Positions 14,816 to 25,216 of a stretch of DNA of 64,000 nucleotides are shown here, piece after piece; positions within the stretch are counted from its first letter, which is position 1; every line of letters starts with the position of its first letter. This DNA comes from Myxococcota bacterium (GTDB taxonomy: Bacteria; Myxococcota_A; UBA9160; JAFDDA01). The stretch is taken from NCBI GenBank assembly GCA_965228475.1, contig OZ245817.1:3412209-3476208 (forward strand), written 5' to 3'. Under the pieces are notes generated by a model. That model worked only from the letters and a program-made list of their open reading frames with translations. It ran no database searches and was not told where the DNA came from. The translations under genes and the position numbers were made by a program.

Positions 14816-17689
14816 CTAGTCGTCGTTCTCGGGCGCCGACTTCCGGGCGGCGGCCTTCTTGGTCGTCTTCTTGGCGGCCGCCTTCTTCTTCGTGGCCTTC
14901 TTGGTCGTCTTCTTCTTGGCCGTTTTTTTCTTGGCGGTCTTCTTCTTCGCGGCCTTCTTCTTCCCGGAGGCGCGGGCGGCCTTGCGGCGGGGCTCGGCGC
15001 CCTCCGCCTTGGCGGGCGTCTTGCCCTTCTTCTTCTTGCCCTCCCCCCGCGGCTGGAACTCGAAGCCGTGGCGGCCGGTGTCCTTGAGCACGAGCGTCGC
15101 CGAGAACGGCCGCCCGAAGCGCGAGGTGAAGTCGGTCAGGAGCTCGGTGCGGCGGTTCGCCAGGTAGTGGAGCGCCTCGTCCCGGGTGATTTCACGCTTG
15201 CAGACCGTCCGCGGCAGGATGTAGCCGCAGGCCTTCTCGACCTTCTTCCGCCGCTTCTTCTTGACCGTCTTGCCTTCCTTGGCCGCGGCCTCGACCTCGG
15301 CGGCGAAGGCCTCTTCCTCGGCCTTGGCGATCTTCGCGAGCTCCTCTTCCTGCTTGAGCCGCGCCTCGCACTCGAAGGTCGTCGCGGTCTCGACGATCGG
15401 GTGGTCCTCGCACATCGGGCACTGGCCGAGGGGCTCGGTATCGACGTCGTATTCGGGCGTCGCGCTCTCGCCTTCCTCGTTCCAGCCGACCGAGCGGACC
15501 TTCACCTTCCACTCGTCGCGGTCGAGCTCGAGCACGCCCTTGTAGGTGCGCCCGTTGCGCGCGGTGAAGCCGTCGAGGACGGGCGTCTCGCCGTGCTCGA
15601 TCAAGGCCTTCACGGCGCCGCGATCCATGTAGCGGCCCGAGGTGTCCTTCCAGAAGATGACGGGCGGGTTCTCGTCGTCGTTCTCGCCCTCGGCCTTGTA
15701 GAACCAGGAGTGCTCGAAGACGGGCTTGCCGTTGCGCGGGTCCTTGCCGAGCGGCTCCTCGTCCCGGTAGAGCTCGTCGTACTCGAAGTGCTTGGCCACC
15801 TCGACGATCCCGCGCGCGTAGTCCTTGATGTCCTCGATGAACTTCTCGCCCGTGCGCTCGCCCTTCTCCACTTCGCGGAGCTGGAACTCGAGCTCACCGG
15901 TCAGGGCCGGCGAGGCGATGCGGTCGATGTCGGCGGCGTGGGCGCGCCCGGCCTCGGTCTTCGCCATGCGCACGAGGCTGTCGATCAGGCGCATGCCTTT
16001 CACCGTCGGGCGAAGCGACTTCCCGAGCCGGACGGCGTAGCCCTTGGCGATCAGGTTCTCGATCACCTCGGCGCGCGTCGCCGGAGTACCGATGCCCTTC
16101 TCGTGCAGCGCCGCGGAGAGTTCCTCGTCCTCGATCTGCTTGCCGGCGTTCTCCATGAGCGAGAGCAGGCGCGCTTCCGAGATGCGCGGGGGCGGCTTGG
16201 TCTCTTCCTCGCTCGATTCGACGCCGAGCGCCTCGACGGCGACGCCGCTCGCCTCGGTCTCGCCGCTGCGCAGGGCCGGCAGCGTCTCGGCTTCGTCGTC
16301 GCTCCCCGCCGGCAGGATCGCGCGCCAGCCGGGCGTGCGGAGCACGCGCGCCCGCGAGCGGAAGCTCTCCCCCGCGACCTCGGTGGTGCGCTCGACGCGC
16401 TCCCAGATCGCGACGGGGTGGAAGGTCGCGAGGAAGCGCCGGGTCACGAGGTCGTAGAGGCGGCGGTCGTCGCCGGAGAGCTCGCCCGAGGGCAGCGTTC
16501 CGGTCGGGATGATCGCGAAGTGGTCGGAGACGCCCTTGTCGTCGAAGGTGCGCTTCTCGTTCTCGAGCCCGTTGTCGATCAGGTTCTTCGCGGCGGTGGC
16601 GTACTCCGCGAGCGGCAGCGGCGCACTCCCCTTCCCTTCCGCGAAGCTCGCGAGGATGCCGTCGACGGTCTCGCGGTAGTCGTTCGGCAGGCAGCGGGAG
16701 TCGGTCCGCGGGTAGGTCAGGATCTTGTGACCCTCGTAGCAGCGCTGGGCGGCCGAGAGCGCCCGGCGCGCCGACCAGCCGAAGCGGCGGTTCGCTTCGC
16801 GCTGGAGGCTCGTCAGGTCAAACAGCGGCGGTGCACTCTCGCGCGAGGGCTTGCGCGTCTCGCTCGCCTCGGCGGGCTGGCCCGTCGTGGCCTCGACGAT
16901 CGCGCGCGCGCGCTGCTCGTCGAAGATGCGGTCTTCCTTGGCGTGCTCGTCGTCGCCCGCCTTGAAGTTCGGATCGAACCACGTGCCGAGGTATTCGTTG
17001 CTCTCGTGGGAGAAGCGCGCCTCGACCTTCCAGAAGGGCTTCGGGACGTGGGCCAGGACCTCGTGCTCGCGCGCCACGAGCAGCGCGAGCGTCGGCGTCT
17101 GCACGCGGCCGGCCGACCACGCGCCCGCCTCGCGCCGGCTCTTGAAACGCTTGGTGATGGCGCGCGTCGCGTTCATGCCGATCAGCCAGTCCGCGACGGA
17201 ACGGCACTCGGCGGCGGCGGCAAGGCCTTCGAGCTCCTCGCCCGGCCGGAGGTTCTCGAAGCCGTTCTTGATGGCATCCCGCGTCATGGACTGGAGCCAG
17301 AGCCGCTTCACGGGCTTGTCGGACTCGAAGTACTTCAGGATCTCGCGGAAGATGAGCTCACCCTCGCGCCCGGCGTCGCAGGCGTTCACGACGGCGTCGA
17401 TGTCCTTGCGCTGGAGGAGCTTCTTGATCACGCGGATGCGCTCGCTCTGGCGCGCCTTCGGCTTCAGGGGAACCGTCTCGGGCACGATCGGGAGCACGTC
17501 GAGGGTCCAGCGCTTGAAGACCGGGTCGACCTCCTCGGGGCCGAGCAGCTCGAACAGGTGGCCGACCGCGAAGGTCAGGACGCGGTCGTCGCTCTCCCAA
17601 TATCCATCGTGCTCTTCGAAGCCGCCGAGGGCCGCGGCGATGTCGCGCGCGACGCTCGGTTTCTCCGTGATGATGAGGTCCTTGCCCAC
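14816..17689 (-). CDS. topB: DNA topoisomerase III with C-terminal topoisomerase repeats and a lysine-rich tail
   Basis: LIITEKPSVARDIAAAL...FAVGHLFEL...RWTLDVLPIVPE...ACDAGREGELIFREI...ADWLIGMNATRAITKRF matches the TOPRIM and type-IA core of TopB rather than TopA. The chosen start is GTG 17689 (GGGGGAGAG upstream). ATG 17755 is the alternative. Confidence 0.9.
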   Translation of the reverse strand: MGKDLIITEKPSVARDIAAALGGFEEHDGYWESDDRVLTFAVGHLFELLGPEEVDPVFKRWTLDVLPIVPETVPLKPKARQSERIRVIKKLLQRKDIDAVVNACDAGREGELIFREILKYFESDKPVKRLWLQSMTRDAIKNGFENLRPGEELEGLAAAAECRSVADWLIGMNATRAITKRFKSRREAGAWSAGRVQTPTLALLVAREHEVLAHVPKPFWKVEARFSHESNEYLGTWFDPNFKAGDDEHAKEDRIFDEQRARAIVEATTGQPAEASETRKPSRESAPPLFDLTSLQREANRRFGWSARRALSAAQRCYEGHKILTYPRTDSRCLPNDYRETVDGILASFAEGKGSAPLPLAEYATAAKNLIDNGLENEKRTFDDKGVSDHFAIIPTGTLPSGELSGDDRRLYDLVTRRFLATFHPVAIWERVERTTEVAGESFRSRARVLRTPGWRAILPAGSDDEAETLPALRSGETEASGVAVEALGVESSEEETKPPPRISEARLLSLMENAGKQIEDEELSAALHEKGIGTPATRAEVIENLIAKGYAVRLGKSLRPTVKGMRLIDSLVRMAKTEAGRAHAADIDRIASPALTGELEFQLREVEKGERTGEKFIEDIKDYARGIVEVAKHFEYDELYRDEEPLGKDPRNGKPVFEHSWFYKAEGENDDENPPVIFWKDTSGRYMDRGAVKALIEHGETPVLDGFTARNGRTYKGVLELDRDEWKVKVRSVGWNEEGESATPEYDVDTEPLGQCPMCEDHPIVETATTFECEARLKQEEELAKIAKAEEEAFAAEVEAAAKEGKTVKKKRRKKVEKACGYILPRTVCKREITRDEALHYLANRRTELLTDFTSRFGRPFSATLVLKDTGRHGFEFQPRGEGKKKKGKTPAKAEGAEPRRKAARASGKKKAAKKKTAKKKTAKKKTTKKATKKKAAAKKTTKKAAARKSAPENDD
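14819..15050 (-). repeat. Low-complexity coding repeat encoding the (A/T)KKK tail of TopB
   Basis: The top strand is a run of cttctt/ggc(g/c) units. It translates to GKKKKGKTPAKA...GKKKAAKKKTAKKKTAKKKTTKKATKKKAAAKKTTKKAAARK. Confidence 0.8.
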
Positions 17690-17870
17690 GAAGCTCTCTC
17701 CCCCCTCGGTCGAGTCGTGATGGGGCGCACGGGTAGCCCGGCATTTCGAACCCATCAAATGGGTTGTTTTACACACGCCTCTCGGGGCCCCGGCGAGCGC
17801 CCCGTCCGCAACGCGTCGGATGTGGGCCCGCGAACTTGAGCCCGGCCCGCCCACCGGTTGAGCTCCTTGA

Positions 17871-19019
<1,149 letters not shown>

Positions 19020-19042
19020 TCCCGAGCGCCCCCTGACCCGGG

Positions 19043-19084
19043 GGACGTTCCTGCCTAGCTGACGAGACGGACGTTCCTGCCTAG
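19043..19084. repeat. 16-bp perfect direct repeat, two copies
   Basis: GGACGTTCCTGCCTAG occurs at 19043-19058 and 19069-19084. The second copy contains the TAG stop (19081-19083, reverse strand) of the FG-GAP gene. Confidence 0.9.
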
Positions 19085-20433
19085 GGCGCGAGCGGTGCCG
19101 GGTCGCCCTGGGGCACGAGGCTCTCGGGGACCGGCATGATGTTCCAGGTCAGGTACGCGCTCGGGTGCTCCTTGCGGTAGATCACTTCCTTCTCGAAGCG
19201 GCCGTTCTCCCACGCGTAGCGCCGCAGCTCGCCGTCCTGATCGCTCGCGACGTAGAGCTCGTCGCGCCCGTCGCCGTCGAGGTCGGTCAGGGTCGAGGCG
19301 TGCTCGAAGCCGCCGGACTGCCGGTCGATCTGGGTGCGCGTCCAGGAGCCGTTCGGGTCGTCGCCGGGCCGCAGGAGCCACAGCCCGCTGCGGAAGGAGG
19401 CCACGACCATCTCCTTCGTGCCGTCGCCGTCGACGTCGCCCACGGTGATGAAGCGGCAGAGCCGGTCCTGGAGCGTCGCGACGACGGCGCCGGCCGCCGG
19501 GTCCGTGCCGGCCTCGTAGCGGCGGATCTCCACCGGGTGGACGAGCCGGGTCGAGGCGCCCTTCCCTTCCGCGTGGCCCTCGACGGCGACGTACAGTTCG
19601 TCGGTGCCGTCGCCGTCGACGTCGCCGACGTAGATCTCCTTGGCGTGGCGGTCGCCTAGGTCGGCGGCCACCGTGCCTTCGATCGGCTCGCCGGGAGCCC
19701 CCGGCACGTAGCGCTTCACCTGGCCGCGCTGGACGCTGCCGTCGAGCCGGTTCGGCTCGCTCGGCGTCGAGTAGATCTCGAGCTGGCCGTCGCCGTCGAC
19801 GTCGCCGATCTCGATCTCGTGGACGAAGGTGTCGGCCTCCGCGTCGATGCGCTCGACGTCCCAGCCGCCTTCGGCCTTCGGCGAGACGATCGCCACGACG
19901 CCCTGGTCGTGGGTGGCGACCGCGATCTCGGGCCGGCCCGAGCCGTGGAGGTCGGCGATCTCCGCGTCGCGCATGCGGTTGAACTTGCCGCCGAACTCGG
20001 CCTCCCAGAGGTTCTCGGCGATCCACTGGTTGTTGCCGGTGCCGGGCTCCCAGAGCTTCAGGAACGCGCCGGAACCGCCCAGGGTGAGGATCCCGGTGCG
20101 GCCGTTCGGCGGCGTGTAGACCATGGCCTTGTGGTAGACGTTCGAGTCCTTGTCCTCGAGGGTCGACATCTGCCAGACGCCGTCGCGCTGGGCCAGGAAC
20201 TCGAGCAGCGCGGGGCCGGGCTTGGGCAGGACCTTCCCCTCCGGGCTCACCTCGAACTGCGAGAGCGCGACGAGCAGGCCGTTCGGCAGGGTCGGCCCGG
20301 CCGGGGCCGCCGGCTCGCTCTCGCCGCCGCCGCAGCCGCCCAGCACGAGGGCGGCCGCGCACAGGGCGCCTCCGAGTTGCCGCGCCCGCGCGGCCTTCGC
20401 TCCGTGGCTTCCGATCGACTCCGTACCCTGCAT
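19081..20433 (-). CDS. FG-GAP/VCBS-repeat lipoprotein
   Basis: This is the C-terminal 450 aa of track ORF 19081..21807, from ATG 20433. Lipobox AAALVLGGC. Repeated GDVDGDG(Q/T)xE(I/L/M)(Y/V) and DLDGDGRDELY motifs. Confidence 0.75.
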   Translation of the reverse strand: MQGTESIGSHGAKAARARQLGGALCAAALVLGGCGGGESEPAAPAGPTLPNGLLVALSQFEVSPEGKVLPKPGPALLEFLAQRDGVWQMSTLEDKDSNVYHKAMVYTPPNGRTGILTLGGSGAFLKLWEPGTGNNQWIAENLWEAEFGGKFNRMRDAEIADLHGSGRPEIAVATHDQGVVAIVSPKAEGGWDVERIDAEADTFVHEIEIGDVDGDGQLEIYSTPSEPNRLDGSVQRGQVKRYVPGAPGEPIEGTVAADLGDRHAKEIYVGDVDGDGTDELYVAVEGHAEGKGASTRLVHPVEIRRYEAGTDPAAGAVVATLQDRLCRFITVGDVDGDGTKEMVVASFRSGLWLLRPGDDPNGSWTRTQIDRQSGGFEHASTLTDLDGDGRDELYVASDQDGELRRYAWENGRFEKEVIYRKEHPSAYLTWNIMPVPESLVPQGDPAPLAP

Positions 20434-20538
20434 GCTCGTGCCCCTCTCGATCCGGGGGCGTGCCCCCTTTGAACCGGTGTCTTGTAGCAACTGGCGGAGC
20501 GCCGCGCCGCGCGCCGGGGCCGTGCCTGCGCTAATTCC

Positions 20539-21834
20539 ATGGGCGTGGCGGGGAAAGACGGACACCTCCAGGCGCCGCGCGGGACCCGGGACTTCTACCC
20601 CGAGGACGTTCGCCTGCGCAGCTGGCTCTTCGGGCACTTCCGGGAAGTGGCCCGGCGCTTCGGCTTCGAGGAGGTCGACGCGCCGATCGTCGAGCACGCG
20701 GAGCTCTTCATCCGCAAGGCCGGCGAGGAGATCGTCGACCAGCTCTACCACTTCGAGCTCCACGGCCGGCACCTGGCGCTGCGTCCCGAGCTCACGCCCT
20801 CGCTCTCGCGCATGCTGATCGCCCGGGCGGGCGCCCTGGCCCTGCCCGTGCGCTGGTTCGCGATCGGCCAGAACTGGCGCTACGAGCGCATGACCCGCGG
20901 CCGCAAGCGCGAGCACTACCAGTGGAACGTCGAGATCCTCGGCGAGGCCTCCGTGGCCGCCGAAGCCGAGCTGATGGCCGCGATCTTCACCCTCTTCGAT
21001 CGCGTCGGGCTCCCGCGCGATGCCATCCGCATGCGGGTGAACAGCCGCGCCCTGCTCGAGGAGACCCTGCGCGGCGGCGTCCTGCGGGACCGGCCGGAGG
21101 TGTTCGAGCCGCTCTGCGTCGTGATCGACAAGCTCGACAAGATCGGCGCCGAGGCCGTGGTCGAGCAGCTGACGGCCGCGGACGGCCCGGTCGGGCTCGG
21201 TGAAGCCGAAGCGCGGGAGGTGCTCGCCGCTCTCCAGGTGAAGGACCTCGAGGAGGCCGCAGCGCGAGCGCCCGCCGACTCCGCCGGCCTCGCGGACCTG
21301 CGGCGCCTGTTCGAGCTGCTCGAGGCCTACGGCGTGGCCGACCGGGTGGTCTTCGACGCCGCGGTGGTCCGGGGCCTCGCCTACTACACCGGCATCGTCT
21401 TCGAGGCCTTCGACGCCGCCGGGGAGCTGCGCGCCGTGTGCGGCGGCGGGCGCTACGACGGCCTGGTCGAGCAGCTCGGCGGCCCCTCCCAGCCCGCGGT
21501 CGGCTTCGGCTTCGGCGACGTCGTGATCCTCGAGCTGCTCTCGGACCGCGGCCTCCTGCCCGAGCTCCCGCGGGACCTCGACGCCCTGGTCTTCGCCTTC
21601 TCGGAGGAGGAGCGGCCCGCCGCCGTGCGCGTGGCCTCGCAGCTGCGCGCCGCGGGCCGCTCGACGGAGCTCGTGCTCGGGACGCCCCGGCTCAAACGGG
21701 TGCTGAAGGACGCGGACCGCTCCGGCGCGCGCGAGCTCTGGGCGATCGGCCCGGACGAGGCCGCCCGCGGCGTGGCCCGGGTCCGGGACCTCGCGAGCGG
21801 CGAGCAACGGGACGAGCCACTTCCCGAGGCCTGA
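20539..21834 (+). CDS. hisS: Histidine--tRNA ligase
   Basis: PRGTRDFYPED, LRPELTPSLSRM, WFAIGQNWRYERMTRGRKREHYQWNVEILG, GGGRYDGL and GFGFGDVV are class-IIa HisRS motifs. Confidence 0.95.
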   Translation: MGVAGKDGHLQAPRGTRDFYPEDVRLRSWLFGHFREVARRFGFEEVDAPIVEHAELFIRKAGEEIVDQLYHFELHGRHLALRPELTPSLSRMLIARAGALALPVRWFAIGQNWRYERMTRGRKREHYQWNVEILGEASVAAEAELMAAIFTLFDRVGLPRDAIRMRVNSRALLEETLRGGVLRDRPEVFEPLCVVIDKLDKIGAEAVVEQLTAADGPVGLGEAEAREVLAALQVKDLEEAAARAPADSAGLADLRRLFELLEAYGVADRVVFDAAVVRGLAYYTGIVFEAFDAAGELRAVCGGGRYDGLVEQLGGPSQPAVGFGFGDVVILELLSDRGLLPELPRDLDALVFAFSEEERPAAVRVASQLRAAGRSTELVLGTPRLKRVLKDADRSGARELWAIGPDEAARGVARVRDLASGEQRDEPLPEA

Positions 21835-21974
21835 GCCGGCTGTCGAGCCTTCGCCCCGGCCGTCCGCCGCCCGGGCCGGAACCCACTCACTTCGACCGAC
21901 TTTTTCCCCGACCGGCCCCGAAGCCGGCGCTATAACCTAACGGCGTTTCGCCCCATGGAGCAGGAGCCCCGCCC

Positions 21975-23879
<1,905 letters not shown>

Positions 23880-23902
23880 GGCCTATCTCTGATACGCCGC
23901 GC

Positions 23903-24001
23903 CGGGTTGGGGGAAGGTCTGCCGAACCGACGTCACGCAGGTCTTGCCAGTGACCGGCATCGGGGATGGGTTTACGGTCCGGCAGACCTTCCCCCAACCC
24001 G
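23903..24001. repeat. Perfect 22-bp inverted repeat (IR1) with a 55-nt spacer
   Basis: The arm CGGGTTGGGGGAAGGTCTGCCG (23903-23924) is the exact reverse complement of 23980-24001. Checked base by base. Confidence 0.95.
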
Positions 24002-24051
24002 ACGCTCCTCGGGGTGCGGTCGTCCCGCCGCAGGTTTTTTGGGAGTACGGA

Positions 24052-24155
24052 CGCGGGGTGGATGGGTCCCAGCCGAGACCGTAAACCACGCCCAGCAGTG
24101 CTCGTGACCCAGCCGCCCAAGACGCCGGTCTCGGCTGGGACCCATCCACCCCGCG
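24052..24155. repeat. Perfect 30-bp inverted repeat (IR2) with a 44-nt spacer
   Basis: The arm CGCGGGGTGGATGGGTCCCAGCCGAGACCG (24052-24081) is the exact reverse complement of 24126-24155. Checked base by base. Confidence 0.95.
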
Positions 24156-24189
24156 GTCTCCGAACCGAGAGTGGTAACCTCAGCGCTCG

Positions 24190-24588
24190 ATGGCCTCCGA
24201 GCACCACGAGCTGATCGTCATGCGCCAGCTCGCGAGCTACCTCGCGATGCCGATCTTCGTCCAGGACGAAGAGGGCACCCTCGTCTACTTCAACGAGCCG
24301 GCCGAGCCGATCCTCGGGCGCCGCTTCGACGAGACCGGCGCGCTCTCGCGCCAGGAGCTCTGGGATCTGTTCCGCCCGGTGCGCGAGGACGGAAGCCCCC
24401 TCCCCTACGACGACAGCCCCTTCCGGACCGTCCGCGACCTCGGCGCGCCGATCCACCAGATCTTCCACATGCGCGGCATGGACGGCATCCGCCGGCACGT
24501 CGAGGGCACGGCGATCCCGCTGACGACGCCGGACGGCAAGATCGTGGGGTCGTTCTCGGTCTTCTGGGAGATCGACGAAGGGGCCTAG
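24190..24588 (+). CDS. Stand-alone PAS domain protein
   Basis: 132 aa. MPIFVQDEEGTLVYFNEPAEPILGRRFDE...IRRHVEGTAIPLTTPDGKIVGSFSVFWE has the PAS-fold pattern. No output domain is present. Confidence 0.65.
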   Translation: MASEHHELIVMRQLASYLAMPIFVQDEEGTLVYFNEPAEPILGRRFDETGALSRQELWDLFRPVREDGSPLPYDDSPFRTVRDLGAPIHQIFHMRGMDGIRRHVEGTAIPLTTPDGKIVGSFSVFWEIDEGA

Positions 24589-24592
24589 GCCC

Positions 24593-25216
24593 GTGGAGCC
24601 TCGTGACTTGAAGTTCTACAACGCTGGTGCGCCCAACCCGCGCAAGGTCCGGATCTTCCTCGCGGAGAAGGGCCTCGAGATCCCTCGCATCGACCTCGAC
24701 CTGGGAGCCGGGGAGAGCCGGACGCCCGAGTTCCTCGCCAAGAACCGGCTGGGGGAGACTCCCGTCCTCGAACTCGACGACGGAACCATCCTGACCGAGA
24801 ACAACGCGATCTGCCGTTTCCTCGAGGAGCTCCACCCCGACCCGCCCTTGTTCGGTCGCGACGCTCTCGAACGGGCGAAGGTCGAGATGTGGACGCGTCG
24901 CATCGAGATCCAGGTCGTGGCGACGGCGGCGCACGTCGCCGAGCACACCTTCGAGTTCTTCGCCTCGCGGCGACGTCAGGTCCCGGAGTTCGCGGAGGCC
25001 GAGCGCGCGGCGCTCGGCGACAAGCTCGCCTGGCTCGACAGCGAACTCTCCGACGGCCGGCCCTTCGCGACCGGCGACCGCTTCACCTTTGCCGACATCA
25101 CCGGAATGACGGCAGGGCTGATTCTCGGGTTCATCGATTGCACGGTGCCGGACGAGAACGTTCACCTGCGGGCCTACTTCGAGCGGCTGAAGACCCGCCC
25201 GAGCTGGGACGCCTAG
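24593..25216 (+). CDS. Glutathione S-transferase
   Basis: NPRKVRIFLAEKGLEIPRIDLDL...EFLAKNRLGETPVLELDDGTILTENNAICRFLEE is a thioredoxin-like GST N-domain. An alpha-helical C-domain follows. Confidence 0.85.
   Translation: MEPRDLKFYNAGAPNPRKVRIFLAEKGLEIPRIDLDLGAGESRTPEFLAKNRLGETPVLELDDGTILTENNAICRFLEELHPDPPLFGRDALERAKVEMWTRRIEIQVVATAAHVAEHTFEFFASRRRQVPEFAEAERAALGDKLAWLDSELSDGRPFATGDRFTFADITGMTAGLILGFIDCTVPDENVHLRAYFERLKTRPSWDA

Noticed and set aside
14819-15050. Quasi-tandem cttctt/ggc DNA repeat considered as a VNTR or CRISPR-like array
   Set aside because: It is in frame with topB and simply encodes the lysine-rich tail. The units are irregular and there are no spacers.
14789-17839. 1016-aa plus-strand ORF opposite topB
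   Set aside because: Leu/Arg/Gly/Ala-rich low-complexity translation. It is the antisense shadow of a gene with unmistakable TopB motifs.
19081-21807. 908-aa minus-strand ORF
   Set aside because: Only the C-terminal 450 aa (the FG-GAP lipoprotein from ATG 20433) are credible. The N-terminal half is antisense to hisS.
23903-24155. Inverted repeats considered as integron attC sites, a CRISPR fragment or simple Rho-independent terminators
   Set aside because: attC: the arms begin GTTGGGG and end CCCCAAC, the opposite of the RYYYAAC...GTTRRRY order, and no integrase is nearby. CRISPR: the two elements are unrelated in sequence, with no repeat-spacer periodicity. Terminator: stems of 22 and 30 bp with 44-55 nt loops and no trailing U-tract do not fit. 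The region is kept as an unexplained finding instead.
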